This document shows positions 12,007-25,475 of a stretch of 64,000 nucleotides of DNA, one piece after another. The stretch spans positions 156,366,001 through 156,430,000 of the forward strand of contig NC_086097.1 of the NCBI RefSeq assembly GCF_963921235.1, read 5' to 3'. The notes under the pieces were generated by a model that saw only the letters and a program-made list of their open reading frames with translations, searched no databases and was not told the DNA's origin. A program made the position numbers and the translations under genes. Within the stretch, counting starts at the first letter, position 1, and every line of letters begins with the position of its first letter. Source of the DNA: Mobula hypostoma (taxonomy: Eukaryota).

Positions 12007-13195
12007 CACATCGGGAGAGCGTTTTGTCGAGCACATTTGCTCAGTCCTTTGAAAAAATCAGAATTTCTCGATGGTTATCCATTTCAATTCAACTTTGCAT
12101 TCGCATTCTGACATGTCTGTCCGTGGCCTGTTCTACTGCCATGATGAGGCCTAACTCATGTTTCAAAAGCAACACCTTGTATTCCTTCTGGGTAGCCTCC
12201 AGTCTGGGTTGTTAAAGTTGTTATAGCCGAGGGTGGTAATGGGGACAAGCTCCCACTACCTATTAAATGCTCCTAATAGTGTGCGTCTCAGACTGCCTCT
12301 AACTACCAAGTCCAGCTCCTGGCTCTCGTGTGTGGCTTAGCTACTAAGCCCAGTGGAACTATTTCTGCTGTCAGCAGAAGGGGCAAAGTTGGGTGATTGC
12401 TGCCTTAGAACCAGTAGCATTAGCAGGTGGGGTTTCTCAGACATTGTTGGAAGCTCACCTAGGAGAAGGAAAACTCTGATCTCAAACCTCCGCTGCCTTA
12501 TGGCTATACCCACTCACAGGGAAGGCTTCAGAAGTAAACACCATGGGGAAAATCCAGAGCTGCCTCCATAAGGCAGTTCTACATTGAGTTCAAAGCTGGC
12601 TGCCAATCCTGCGGCGCTGCTGGTGCCAAACTGTATCAGTCATTGACGTTCCTTTGTGTTCATCAGATGCGTAGAGAGGGAGAGCTTGCTACATAGGCAA
12701 CATCTCCTTTTCCATATTGTACTGCCCAGGCTTTCACATCCAGACAGCCAGGATGCAACATCCATGGTCGACCCTGATCAACGGAGGCCTCAGCCTGCAT
12801 GAACATGGATTTCTTTAACTTCTGTTAATATCTCCCCTCTCCCTCCTTCTCTCTTTTTCCATCCTTCATTCGGGTTCCCCCTTCTCTTTTCATCACCAGT
12901 CCATCAACTCCTTTTTTTTCTTCCATAATTCTCTGTCCTCTCCTATTGATCCCTACTTCTTCAACCCCTTACCTCTTCCACCTACCACCTCCCAGCTTCT
13001 TACATCATTTCCCCTCCCACACACGCACATTCACCTTCCCCTTCACCTGGTTTCTCTTATGACCTGCCAGTTTGTACACCTTTCCCTCTCACCCCACCTT
13101 CTTATTCTGGCTTCTGCCCCTTCCTTCCTAGTCCTAATGAATGGACTTGGCCTGAAAGGTCAAATGCCTATTCCCCTCCAGAGAATATGTCTGAC
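12007..13195 (+). mobile_element. PLE GIY-YIG C-terminus and 3' UTR, right arm of nested inverted PLE
   Basis: Homologous to 44020-44600, with a degenerate hammerhead at ~13130-13165. Interrupted at 12207-12790. The terminal part resumes at 13450-13512 after a SINE. Confidence 0.75.
12207..12790 (+). mobile_element. Non-autonomous interspersed element, probably RTE/RTEX-type
   Basis: Splits PLE homology, with an imperfect duplication cagtctg/cagcctg (12200-12206 and 12791-12797). A reverse-complement copy lies at ~27050-27605. Class assignment is tentative. Confidence 0.65.
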
Positions 13196-13199
13196 TATT

Positions 13200-13445
13200 T
13201 CTTTTTTATTTTATTTAGAGATACAGCAGAGAGCACACCACCCAGCAACCAACTTACTTAACCCAAGCCTAATCACATTCACAATTACCTATTAACCTAC
13301 TATCCTTACATCTTTGGAATGTGGGTGGAACCCAGAAGAAACCCATGTGCTCACGGGAAAGGCATACAAACTTTATACAGACAGTGTCAGAATTCAACTC
13401 TGAACTCTGATACCCCACTGTAATAGCATTGTGCTACCGCCCCAC
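13200..13445 (-). mobile_element. V-SINE/HE1-like SINE
   Basis: Carries the reverse complement of the V-core (gggtttcttctgggttccacccacattccaaagatgt) and a tRNA-like head remnant. Similar copies at 29412, 32665, 39870 and 41870. Confidence 0.7.
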
Positions 13446-14239
13446 AGTAGCACTCCTCCTGCATTTCTGTGTGTTGTTCAAGGTTTACAGCATCTACAGA
13501 ATCTCTTGTGTTCAGAGAGTGCGTGCTTAGTTTTGCACACATTTTTAATGAGTTTCCTTTTTTTAAGATAATGAAATATTATTAAAAGCATGTCTGCTAT
13601 GCAAGATTTTTGAAGACGAGTACTGGCTTTGCTCCATCACATCCTTCTAGCCAAATTAATTCTCTCTATGGTGTAAACATCAATGTTCAACAAGATGGTA
13701 AAATTCTTAGATCAGACTTTCAACCTCAGCCAATTAATATTGTCCTAAACTTTAAGATTATTCTCTGCATAGGATTTACTCACTATACCATAATACTGGT
13801 CTCTTCATAGAGCTTGTCAATGGCACATAAACCAGTTGTAATTCTGAAGCAGTAAAGCAGGAGAAATTGCCTTCTGTTGAACCAGTATCAATTATATCTT
13901 GGGAAGAAATATGAAGACTATTCACTCAAATGGAGAGGAACAACTGTGGGGAATGGGGGTAAGCATATTTGCAATATGTTTGGAATTAATTAAGATAATT
14001 TATCTGTTTTACTTGCTTCAATTGCATTCTATATTTTAATCGTTTCCACTTTTAAATCTTGTTTTATTAACTTTTGGGTTTTTGAACCTATTTGAATTGA
14101 AAGTCTGAACAGGTTTGACAACTGGCAAACCATTGCCATGCTATAAGACCATAAGACCATAAGACAAAGGAGCAGAGGTCGGCTGTTCGGCCCATCGAGT
14201 CTGCTCCGCCAAATATCATGAGCTGATCCATTCTCTCAT

Positions 14240-17072
14240 TTAGTCCCACTCCCCCGCCTTCTCACCACAACCTTTGATGCCCTGGCTACTCAGATACATA
14301 TCAATCTCTGCCTTAAATACACCCAATGACTTGGCCTCCACTGCTGCCCATGGCAACAAATTCCATAGATTCACCACCCTCTGACTAAAAACATTTCTTC
14401 GCATTTCTGTTCTGAATGGGCGCCCTTCAATCCTTAAGTCATGCCCTCTCGTACTAGACTCCCCCATCATGGGAAACAACTTTGCCACATCCACTCTGTC
14501 CATGCCTTTCAACATTCGAAATGTTTCTATGAGGTCCCCCCTCATTCTTCTAAACTCCAAGGAATACAGTCCAAGAGCGGACAAACGTTCCTCATATGTT
14601 AACCCTCTCATTCCCGGAAACATTCTAATGAATCTTCTCTGTACCCTCTCCAACATCAGCACATCCTTTCTTAAATAAGGAGACCAAAACTGCCCACAGT
14701 ACTCCAAGCGAGGTCTCACCAGCGCCTTATAGAGCCTCAACATCACATCCCTGCTCCTATACTCTATTCCTCTAGAAATGAATGCCAACATTGCATTCGC
14801 CTTCTTCACCACCGACACAACCTGGAGGTTAACCTCAAACGTATCCTGTACCAGGACTCCCAAGTCCCGTTGCATCTCAGAACTTTGAATTCTTTCCCCA
14901 TTTAAATAATAGTCTGCCCGTTTCTTTCTTCTACCAAAGTGCATAACCATACACTTTCCAACATTGTATTTCATTTGCCACTTCTTTGCCCATTCTTCCA
15001 ATCTATCCAAGTCTCTCTGCAGACTCTCCATTTCCTCAGCACTACCAGCCCATCCACCTATCTTTGTATCATCAGCAAACTTAGCCACAAAGCCATCTAT
15101 TCCATAATCTAAATCATTGATGTACAATGTAAAAAGAAGCGGCCCCAACATGGACCCCTGTGGAACACCACTGGTAACCGGCAGCCAACCAGAATAGGAT
15201 CCCTTTATTCCCACTCTCTGTTTCCTGCCAATCAGCCAATGCTCTATCCACGTATGTACTTTTCCCGTAATTCCATGGGCTCTTAACTTGTTAAGTAGCC
15301 TCATGTGTGGCACCTTGTTAAAGGCCTTCTGAAAATCCAAATATACAACATCCACTGCATCTCCCTTGTCCAGCCTACTTGTAATTTCCTCAATAAATTG
15401 TAATAGGTTTGTCAGGCAGGATTTTCCTTTAAGGAATCCATGCTGAGTTCTGCCTATCTTGTCATATGCCTCCAGGTACTCCATAACCTCATCCTTAACA
15501 ATCGACTCCAACAACTTCCCAACCACCGATGTCAAGCTAACAGGTCTATAATTTCCTTTTTGCTTCCTTGTCCCCTTCTTAAATAGCAGAGTGACATTTG
15601 CAATCTTCCAGTCCTCCGGAACCATGCCAGAATCTATCGACTTTTGAAAGATTATCGCTAATGCCTCCGCAATCTCCACAGCTACTTCCTTCAGAACACG
15701 AGGGTGCATTCCATCTGATCTGGGAGATTTATCTACCTTTAGACTATTCAGATTTTTGAGTTCTTTCTCTGTCGTAATTGTGACTGCGCACACTTCTCTT
15801 CCCTGCCACCATTGAGTGTCCGGTATACTGCTGATGTCTTCCTCAGTGAAGACTGATGCAAAATACTCGTTCAGTTCCTCCTCCATCTCCTTATCTCCCA
15901 TTACAATTTCTCCAGCATCATTTTCTATCGGTCCTGTATCTACTCTCACCTGTCTTTTACTCTTTAAATACTTGAAAAAGCTTTTAGTATCCTCTTCGAT
16001 ATTATTTGCTAGCTTCCTTTCATAGTTAATCTTTCCCCTCTTAATGACCTTCTTAGTTTCCTCTTGTAAGGTTTTAAAAACTTCCCAATCCTTTGTCTTC
16101 CCACTAATTTTTGCTTCCTTGTATGCCCTCTCCTTTGCTTTAACTTTGGGTTTGACTTCTCTTGTCAAACATGTTTGTATCCTTTTTCCATTCGAAAATT
16201 TCTTCTTTTTTTGGAATATATCTGTCTTGCACCTTCCTCATTTCTCGCATAAACTCCAGCCACTGCTGCTCTGCCGTCTTTCTTGCCAGTGTCCCTTTCC
16301 AGTCAGCTTTGGTCAGTTCCTCTCTCATGCCACTGTAATTTCCTTTACTCCAATTGAAATACCGACTATCAGATTTCGGCTTCTCTTTTTCAAATTTCAC
16401 AGTGAACTCAATCATGTTATGATCACTGCCTCCTAAGAGTTCCTTCACCTCAATCTCTCTGATCACCTCACGTTCATTACACAATACCCAATCCAGTACA
16501 GCCGATCCCCTAGTGGGCTCAACAACAAGCTGTTCTAAAAAGCCATCTCGCAGACATTCTACAAATTCTCTCTCTTGAGATCCAGTGCCGACCTGCTTTT
16601 CCCAATCCACTCGCATGTTAAAATCCCCCACAATTATCATAACACTGCCCTTCTGACAAGCCTTTTCTATTTCCTGTTGTAATTTGTAGTCCACATCACT
16701 GCAGCTGTTTGGAGGCTTATAAATAACTGCCATCAGGGTCCTTTTACCCCTGTGATTTCTTAGCTCAACCCATAAAGATTCTGCACCTACCGATCCTATA
16801 TCACCTCTTTCTAATGATTTAATATCATTTCTTACCAATAAAGCAATGCCTCCCCCTCTGCCTACCTACCTATCCTTCCGATACACCATGTATCCTTGGA
16901 CATTCAGCTCCCAGAGACATGCATCCTTTAGCCACATCTTAGTGATGGCCACAATATCATACCTGCCAATCTGTAGCTGTACGACAAGATCATCCACCTT
17001 ATTCCTTATGCTGCGTGCATTTAAGTATAACACCTTAAGACCAGTGTTTGGTACTTTTTGCTTTGATTTCAC
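14240..17072 (-). pseudogene. CR1 ORF2 (AP endonuclease plus reverse transcriptase), disrupted
   Basis: Endonuclease motifs YLNARS, GDFN, LDWVL and SDHN. RT motifs NYRPVSLTS, YLDFQKAF, GVPQGS and FADD. In-frame stop at 16866-16868 and a frameshift near 16170-16215. The RT part is open for 642 aa. Confidence 0.93.
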
Positions 17073-17211
17073 TGCAACTCATCCCAATGGCTACAAATTT
17101 GCCCCATCACCTGCCTGTCTTTCCTGACATCTTTACTGCTCACTATCTTAGATTTATTTCTGTTTTCCCCTTCCTTCGCTCTGTCATTCCAGTTCCCATC
17201 CCCCTGCCAAA

Positions 17212-18121
17212 TTAGTTTAAACCCTCCCTAACAGCTCTATTAAACTTTCCCGCCAGGATACTGGTCCCCTTCAGGTTCAGGTGTAATCTGTCCATTTTGA
17301 ACTGGTCATACTTCCCCCAGAGGAGATCCTAATTATCCAAGAATCTGAAGTCTTGCCCCCTGCACTAGTTTCTCAGCCATGCATTCATCTGCCTGATACT
17401 ACCATTCTTGCCCTCACTAGCACATGGCACAGGTAGTAATCCCAAGATTACTACCCTGGAGGTCCTGCTTCTCAGCCTCCTTCCTAACTCCCAGAAATCT
17501 CTCTTCAGGACCTCCTCCTTTGTCCTATCTATGTCATTGGTACCAACATGTACCAAGACAACTGGCTGCTCACCCTCCCCCTTCAGAATATTCTGGACCC
17601 GATCCAAGACATCCTGTACCCTGGCACCTGGGAGGCAACACACCATGCGGGTATCTCTATCAGACTCACAGAATCTTCTGTCCGTTCCTTTGACTATGGA
17701 ATCCCCTATGACTACCGCATTCCTCTTCTCCCTCTTTCCCTCCTGTACAACAGCACCAGGCTCAGTGCCAGAGACCCGGTCACCGTGGGCGTCCCCTGTC
17801 AGGTCATCCCCCTCAACAACATCTAGAACAAGATATTTATTGCTGAGGAGGACAGCCACAGGTGTGCTCTCCACTATCTGGGCATTTCTCTTCCATCTCT
17901 TGACCGTGACCCAGTTTTCTAACCCCTGTAGCTCCTGTCTATCACCTCTTCACTTTCCCTGATAAGCAGTAGGTCATCAAGCTGCAGCTCCAGATCCCTA
18001 CACGGTCTCTGAGGAGCTGCATCTCAGTGCACCTGGTGCCGATATGGCCATCAGGGAGGCTGGAAGTCTCCCAGGATTCCCACATCTGACACCCTGAACA
18101 AAGCACTAACCCTGCAGGCAT
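17212..18121 (-). pseudogene. CR1 ORF1 (zinc finger/coiled coil plus SGNH/GDSL esterase domain), disrupted
   Basis: ATG at 18121 gives MPAGLVLCSGCQMWE...HIGTRC. Esterase blocks are VVIGDSIV, VHVGTND and DRLH. Premature TAG at 17365 and indels near 17900-18000. Confidence 0.88.
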
Positions 18122-21100
18122 GCTATCTAATTCTACAGGAATGAAACAGGAAAAATAAGTCTACTCACCCATTTACCTCGCCAAACAGACAAACTTTTTA
18201 AACCATTAGCTCGTACCGTTAGCTGTGAGAGCCCTGCTGTTCTTGTCTGTCCGGGCCGATTTGCGAAAGGGGGGCGGGGAGAAAAAAAGAGTTGGTGCTT
18301 CGCTCTCGCCTCTTCCCGTTTACCGCCGAAGCCCGTTGAAGCCAAAGCCCTACACTCTATAGTCAGCTGTCAAAATTGTTTTCACGGTTTTTATTGGTAG
18401 GACTTGTTCAGTCCAGGCCACGTGACACACAAAAAGTAAAAACAGCCTATTACTGAACTGGGCTGATTTCAAGCATCAAATTGCTATCAGCAGTGGAGGT
18501 TGGGATTTTGCTTCCTTCTGTGATCTTTCAGAAAAAGATAAGCTTTTAGTTATTGCACAGGTCAACAGCAATTATGGGTGTGACTTGTTGCTGGGAGCAA
18601 CTTCTTGCCCAGAAAACTGCTAATAAATTTGAACTTTCCTGAGTATATGATAAATCACTACATTAAAAACAATGCTGATGTCCAATTAGAAGTTTCTACT
18701 AATCCTGTTGAGTAGTTTATTTGAATCCTCAGCATTGAGAAGAAACATTTAAAATATTAAATTAGAATTTACACCCTATTATGGAAATATAATAAAAGAT
18801 AATGAGTTTCCGATGGAACTGTTGTGATTCCATTGACCTAAATCATGAAATTTGTTTCTCTGTCTGCAGAACTTGTCTGATCAACTGAACATCTCCAATA
18901 TTTGTTGATTTTCATTTGGAATTCCAGATTTTATTTTGCTTTATGACTATTTAGTATTATGTCGCAGAGTTAAATGCAAGCAACTTTTTTAAAATTTGCA
19001 AATAGCCTAGATGTATTTGAATTCTATGAAAGAAATGTAAAATAAAATTAAGCAATATAATTTATATTCAAAATATAATTAATGAAAAGTCTATTCTATA
19101 TCTTGAGTTGCTAAGTTTGCCAATCACAGCTGAAACAAAATCTAAAGCTGGTTCAATTGTGCTGAGAGCTTGTGGTAGATTTCTAGAGGCAGGATTTTTG
19201 CTTCCTTTTGCTACCCTGGTTGTTCGCTTGAAGACAAGTTCAGTTTAAGCCATTGTTTCGGTCCACTGTTTTAAAGCATGCCATTATTCACTGTTATGAC
19301 TTACACATGCAAAGTAGCTCTTCTGGAGAGCCATTGGTACTTGTATGTCTGTTCTCCAGAGATTCTATGTTCATGAAAAGAATGAACAGAAGCGGCTTCT
19401 ACACTTTTGTCATGCATTGGAATGAAAGGGTATAACAGTAATTTTGTTTGAGAGACAAATTTGTGGCTTGCTCTCCAGCAGTTGCTGCCAAAGTTGTCCT
19501 TTGGGAAAAGAATATGCATTCTACAGGCTGAGAGTTGACACTTGTTCTAAACAGAGGGCACTGAACCATCTGTGGCACAAATTCATTCCTTTATTCAAGA
19601 CACGCTGTGAATTGGAAAAGCTGACACTGCTTTTTAAGCCAACTAGCCTGGCACTAACACCAAGACACTAGAACGACAGTAAAAGTCAGTTTCTATTAAT
19701 ACAAAGGCAGCTCTCGACAGGCTTCATCATGCTTCATTGAGTTTTTTTCTCCTTTCTCTCGGCATCACACTATCAATCGGTATCAAGCAATTATAAAATG
19801 TCCTTGCCACAGCAAGGAACTCAGCCAGCTCTCAGGAGAATCTGTTCTGTGGTGTCAGGTCCTGCTTTATGCGCTGTTGGAGCTCTGTATAGTTGTATTG
19901 CTTGGCACAATGCTGTCACTCTCAAATAAGCAGCGAGGATAGCTGCTGTAGTGCAGAGTGTAGGCAAGGTATGAGCTTGCTCATACTTTGCTCTCGCTGG
20001 GCCTGGGCCTTTTTGTTGAGGTATACATTTAAACAAATTCTTCTTTTCTTGGTGACATGCGAAACTGATTGTAATTTCACTGGATAATGTTTTCAGCAGT
20101 ATGCTTCCTGCTGAAGATTATTTATGAAGTGAGCAGTACAGTAGAATGATATTTGTTTTAAACTGTAGCTCTGAGAGAAATTATCAGTTGGAGGAAGACA
20201 ACAGAAAAATTAATGAACACATTGAAATTCAGAGCATTCATTTTAGTCCTTAAGAAGAAAGTGCGAGTCACCATCTGTTGCTGTTTATAGCAAATTGTAG
20301 CAGACTTTTAAAGGTTAACTATGCTACGTTTGAGTTTGTCACTAAAATTGCTGCCAGTTTGGATCTTTGACAAGTGTAAAATTAGCAGGAGAAAAGAAAT
20401 GTTGACATAACTTTCTGGAATATACACAGAGCAGAGACTGGTTATAATGTCTTTGAATCAGTACAAAAGACAACAATTTAATTCATGAGCTTTGCAAAGT
20501 TAATCAAAAACTTTTTTTGTTATTTATGCCACTTTAAAAGTTCAATGGTGATATAGTTAGCTTCTGACTCCCTGGGTAGGTGGTAGCTACAGCAGACATT
20601 ACTGATAAATCCACAGTCCAGGGCTGTGCATCTCGCTACCCTTGGCTGGTCCAGGAGAAATCAGAACATGGAAAGAAATGTAATTAATAACATTGAAACA
20701 AGGGATTTTCCCACCCTGACTCCCAGAAAGACAGATGATGCACTCATTTTTACTTGCAGATAAATGCTGCCCATGCTGTTAATATTTAACTTAGTAATGT
20801 GGTATCCTGATAATATGGAATTGAACAGTAAGTATAAGTATCAGCCACAAGTTAATCCCCACATCTGATGCCAAAAAGTTAAGTTCCATCATGGTTAAAT
20901 TTGTCCCCAGAGAATTAACTGAAAATCAAAGGCTTGCAGTAGCACAGTGTTACATGTTGTGTGCACTATTATTACTTGGAAGTTGGACATATATTCCAGT
21001 ATTATATTGACTTGACTGACTCATAACTGTTCTCTGAAAAGACAGACAAGTCCAATAGTTTCATTAATCTGCAATGCAGATGCCTCCTTTTCAGAACAAC

Positions 21101-21986
21101 TGGGGCAATTTCTGCTAATTGTTCCAATAAGATAATTATGAGGAAAAATACCTAACTTGCCAGCAATACTCACAAGCTATGCAGGAATTTATAACAATTC
21201 AGCATATTTTTGCAATGCTGACTGGCTATTAAATTGAACAATATCTGAAAATGTAGTTGAGTATTAAATATTCCATTACAAAAATATTACTACTTTCACT
21301 TTGTATGTGCTCATTTTTATGTGCAACATATTAAATATATTATATAGTTTACTCTAGTACCAATATTCCTCAAGGTGATAAAGCCTGTAATTAAAAATTC
21401 ATGGATAAAAAGACTGTCTGTATTTTGCGGTTTTGCACAATTCTACTAGAAAATTAGATACTTGTTTAAAATGAAATATTTTTTTAAAAATGAAAAACTC
21501 ATGTACAATATAAACCAGGAAGAGTTCAGGAAGAATTGCAAGCTCATTTAATGAGGTCAGGTAATGTTTAGTATAGAGATTGGAAAATCAATACACAGGT
21601 ATCATTGCATGTGTAATTCTGAAAACAGGGCATGGATGATTTATTGTGACAAGCTAACGGAGCTTTACTGAACACCTAATTCAGCTTGAGTTTGAGTGAA
21701 GTTGACATCTGGCATCAAAAAATGAAAGGGATTGCATTCCTCATGAGCAAAATTCTTCATGTTGATGAATATAACTTTCTCCTTCAATGAACTACTTTCC
21801 TTAAACAAAAGATACCTTTCACAAGACAGATGGTTCCTGTAACTGATGAAGTGTGCTATGACTTTGATTTCTTTCAGCTTTGAGGTATGTGGTTAATATT
21901 AATATAAGGAAACTTAAGGTCAGGAATGACTTTTTACACAAAGGATGGTAAGTTCTTGGTGCTGCTGGAAAGTTGATATAAGTGGA

Positions 21987-22102
21987 CACAAAGAATTCTG
22001 CAGATGCTGGAAATCCAAAGCAAGGCACACAAAATACTGGAGGAATTCAGCATCAATGGAAATAAATAAGCAGTTGATGTTTCAGGCTGAGACCCTTATT
22101 CA
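21987..22102 (-). mobile_element. Solo PLE 3'-terminal unit
   Basis: Homologous to 42493-42620. 11-bp TSD with one mismatch: atataagtgga (21976-21986) and atgtaagtgga (22103-22113). Confidence 0.8.
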
Positions 22103-22597
22103 ATGTAAGTGGAACCTAAAGCTCTTCTTAAATGATCATCAGATCTATTACATTTTAACATTGTTTAAATCAGGTGTTTTTGCCAAGGTCTAGACAACAC
22201 AGTGCATGAGATACACTAGATTTTGTATTGGGTCAGAATTCAAATTGATCTCAAATAAATCAGAATTTGTTTTCAATTTATAAGTAGCTGGTAGATCTAT
22301 ATTGTAGCTTGGAACAATGAAAGAAAGAAAGTTGCTTATTTGTTCATGATGTTCCAGCACAGTACAATTTAGCTTAGTAAATTGTGCTAGTTTATTGGAA
22401 GTGTAGTAAGGGCAATTTCTGGCTGTTGGCTCTCCTCTGTTACCAGGTTATGAAAATAAGCAAACAAGATTGGAGCAAATCCTGATAGGCTGCAATTGAT
22501 ATTGGAGCCATGTAATGCAGACACAGGACCTAGGCACACTAAATCCATTAGAATACTAAGTACCCATTTGTACTTACCTTACTTGTATTCCCCATAT

Positions 22598-22805
22598 GTT
22601 CAAACTTCAAAGTAAATTTATTATCAAAGCCCATATATGTTAGCATATACCACCTTGAGATTCATTTTCTTGCAGACATTTACAGAAAGAAAGAAATACA
22701 ATAGAATATTATGATAAACTATTCATAAGCAAAGACTGACAATCAATGTACAAAAGAAGACAAACTGTACAAATAAAAATAATATTGAACATGAGTTGTA
22801 AAGCG
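22598..22805 (-). mobile_element. Rex1-like LINE 3' tail fragment
   Basis: ttcaaagtaaatttattatcaaag...tgagattcattttcttgc is shared with the 56755 and 58688 copies. Confidence 0.65.
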
Positions 22806-23820
22806 CTCCCATAAATTCTGTTTCTGTCATCCTCCAGCTGGTGATTTCCATACTATTATCACATGTTGTCTTAAAGTTTTGCTTCACATCCTCCCTGTGA
22901 CTTTTCCCCCAATATTAAATCAATTCCCTCTGTTTTTAAATATCCAGTACAGAACCAGCTTCTCTCAATTTCTGTTGCCTAACTCTGTCATGCTATTATG
23001 CATTGCTATCATATGTCCTCTCTACAAATTTTCCTCCAAGGGAAAAAAAAACGCCTCATTATCAAACCTTGTAATGGAACTCTCTCACTGAAGGAACCAT
23101 TTCCGTAACACTTTCTCCGGAAACTCCACGTTCTTTTTTTTTATTATGTTTAAATGCTTTCCCCCCTGTTCAAAAGGAAAGGTGTATTTGTATGGCGACT
23201 TGTCAAATCGCAGCAACACGTCAAAGCATTTTATCTATTGTAAATAATATAAGTAAATATTCTCACCAATTTGTATTTAATCAAGATCTCAGAGACAACA
23301 TAAAATTCAGTTATTCATATTTTGTGGCATTTCTGTAGAAACTTTGGACATGCCAACAAATATTAATATGAACAATAACATTTCCTAAATTACTAGAATT
23401 GTAGCACTGCATTGGGTTGTTAGCCTAGAGCTATGTTGTCAAATCCCAATGGACTACTGGTGGCTGCATTTGAAATTTGGTGTTATGCAAGAAGACTTAA
23501 CTGTTTTGAAATAAAAGGACAAAGTAACGTATGCGTTATTTCCATTCCCTTCCCAAAGTACACTCAATGGACTGTGAGACATCACAATAAGTTTGAAGAA
23601 ATAAATCATCATTTTGCAAAGCTCATTTAAATGTTACTACCATGGCAGCTGGTTTCCTTGTAGGCTAATTTGCTGAGCACAATTTTCAGTCATAAAAGTT
23701 TATAAACCAGATAGTTGGTTGGGTAGACCTTATGATGAATATAATAGATTCTGAGCTCAAAGTGCTTCCTTTTACCAGGTAAAACACTGCTGTTTACAAT
23801 TACATATTATTAAACTATCG

Positions 23821-25475
23821 GACCATAAGATATAGGAGCAGAATTAGCCCATCAAGTCTGCTCTGCCATTCCATTTTTCCTCTCTGCCCTAATCTCCTAC
23901 CTTCCCCTGTAACCCTTGATGCCCTGACCAGTCAAGAAATTATCGTCCTCTGCCTTAAATATACATAAGGACTTGGACTCCACAGCTGCTAGTGTCAAAG
24001 AATTCCACAGATTCACCACTCACTAGCTAAAGAACTTCCTCCTCATCTCCATTCTAAAAGGACACCTTTCGATGGGCTTCAATGAGGACACACCTCATTA
24101 TCTGAATTCGAGTGAATACGGGCACAAAGCCATCAAATGCTCTTCATATGACAAGCCATTTAATCCTGGAATCATTTTCATGAACGTTCTTTGAACCCGC
24201 TCCTGTTTCTACACATCCTCTCACAATGCTCCAAGTGAGTATATTCTATCCATTTAGAAAACAATCAACATTTTCATTTCTTATACCAAAGTACATTACT
24301 ATACACTTCAAGACATTATATTCCATCTGTCACTTCTGTGCCTATTTTCATAATTTGTCTGTCATTTTTTAGCCTCTCTAATTGCTCAAAACTACATGGC
24401 CCTCCACCTATCTTTATGTCATCTGTAAATTTTACAACAAATATATAAGATCCATAGTCCAAATCGTTGACATATAATGTGAAAAGAATCTGTCCTAACA
24501 CAGAACCTCATTGAACACCACAAGTCAGCGGCAGCCAACCAGAAAAGGCTCCCTTTATTCCCACTCTTTGCCTCCTGCCAATCAGCCACTGCTTTAACCA
24601 TTCTAGAATATTTCCTGTAATACCACGGGCTTGTAGCTTGTTAAGCAGCCTCATGTGTGGCACCTTGTCAAAGGTCTTATGAAAATCCAGATACACAATA
24701 TGAACCGATTCTCCTTTGTCTATCTGTTTGTTATTTCTTCAAAGAATTCTGACATATTTGTCAGGCAAGATTTTCCCTTGAGGAAACCATGCTAGCTACA
24801 GCATATTTTGTCATGTTCCTCCAAGTACCCTGAAACCACATCCATAACAATCAACTCCAAAATCTTCTCAACCACTGAGGTCAGACTAACTGGTCCATAA
24901 TTTCCTTTCTTCCACCTCTCGCCCTTCTTGAAGAGTGGAATGACGTTTTCAATTTTCCAGTCTTCTGGAAACATTCCAGATTCTAGTAATTCTTGAAAGA
25001 TCATTACCAATGCCTCCACAATCTCTTTAGCCACCTCTTTCAGAACCCTGGGATGTACAGCATCTGGCCCAGTTGACTTATCTACCTTCAGGCCTTTCAG
25101 TTTCCCAGGAACCTTCTTCCTAGTTATGGTAGCTTCTCACACATGGAACTTCCACCATACTGCTAGTGTCTTCCACAGTGAAGACTGATACTTATTCAGG
25201 TTATCCGTCATTTCCTTGGCCTCCATTACTGCTTCTCCAGCATAGTTTTCCAGCGGTCCGATATCCACTCTCTATTCACGTTTACACTTTTTGTATCTGA
25301 AGAAACTTTTGGTTTCCTCTTTAATATTATTGGCTAGCTTACTTCCATATTCCATCTTTACCTTCTTAGTGACTTTTTTAGTTGCCTTTTTCTCGGTATT
25401 TAAAAGATTCTCAATCCTCTAACTTCCCAGTAAATTTTGCTCTCTCTTTGGCTTTTATGTAGGCTTTGACTTCCA
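23821..25475 (-). mobile_element. Degenerate 5'-truncated CR1 LINE
   Basis: Fragmented RT motifs (PEDWKIENVIPLFKKG, YLDFHKTFDKVPH, KFTDD), internal deletions and a gaccataaga tail. Confidence 0.92.

Larger units (their letters stand above)
14143..18358 (-). mobile_element. Near full-length CR1 LINE (5' UTR, ORF1, ORF2, 3' tail)
   Basis: GC-rich 5' UTR at 18122-18358, ORF1 with zinc-finger-like and esterase motifs, ORF2 with AP endonuclease and RT, and a (tcttatgg)n tail at 14143-14164. Confidence 0.97.
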
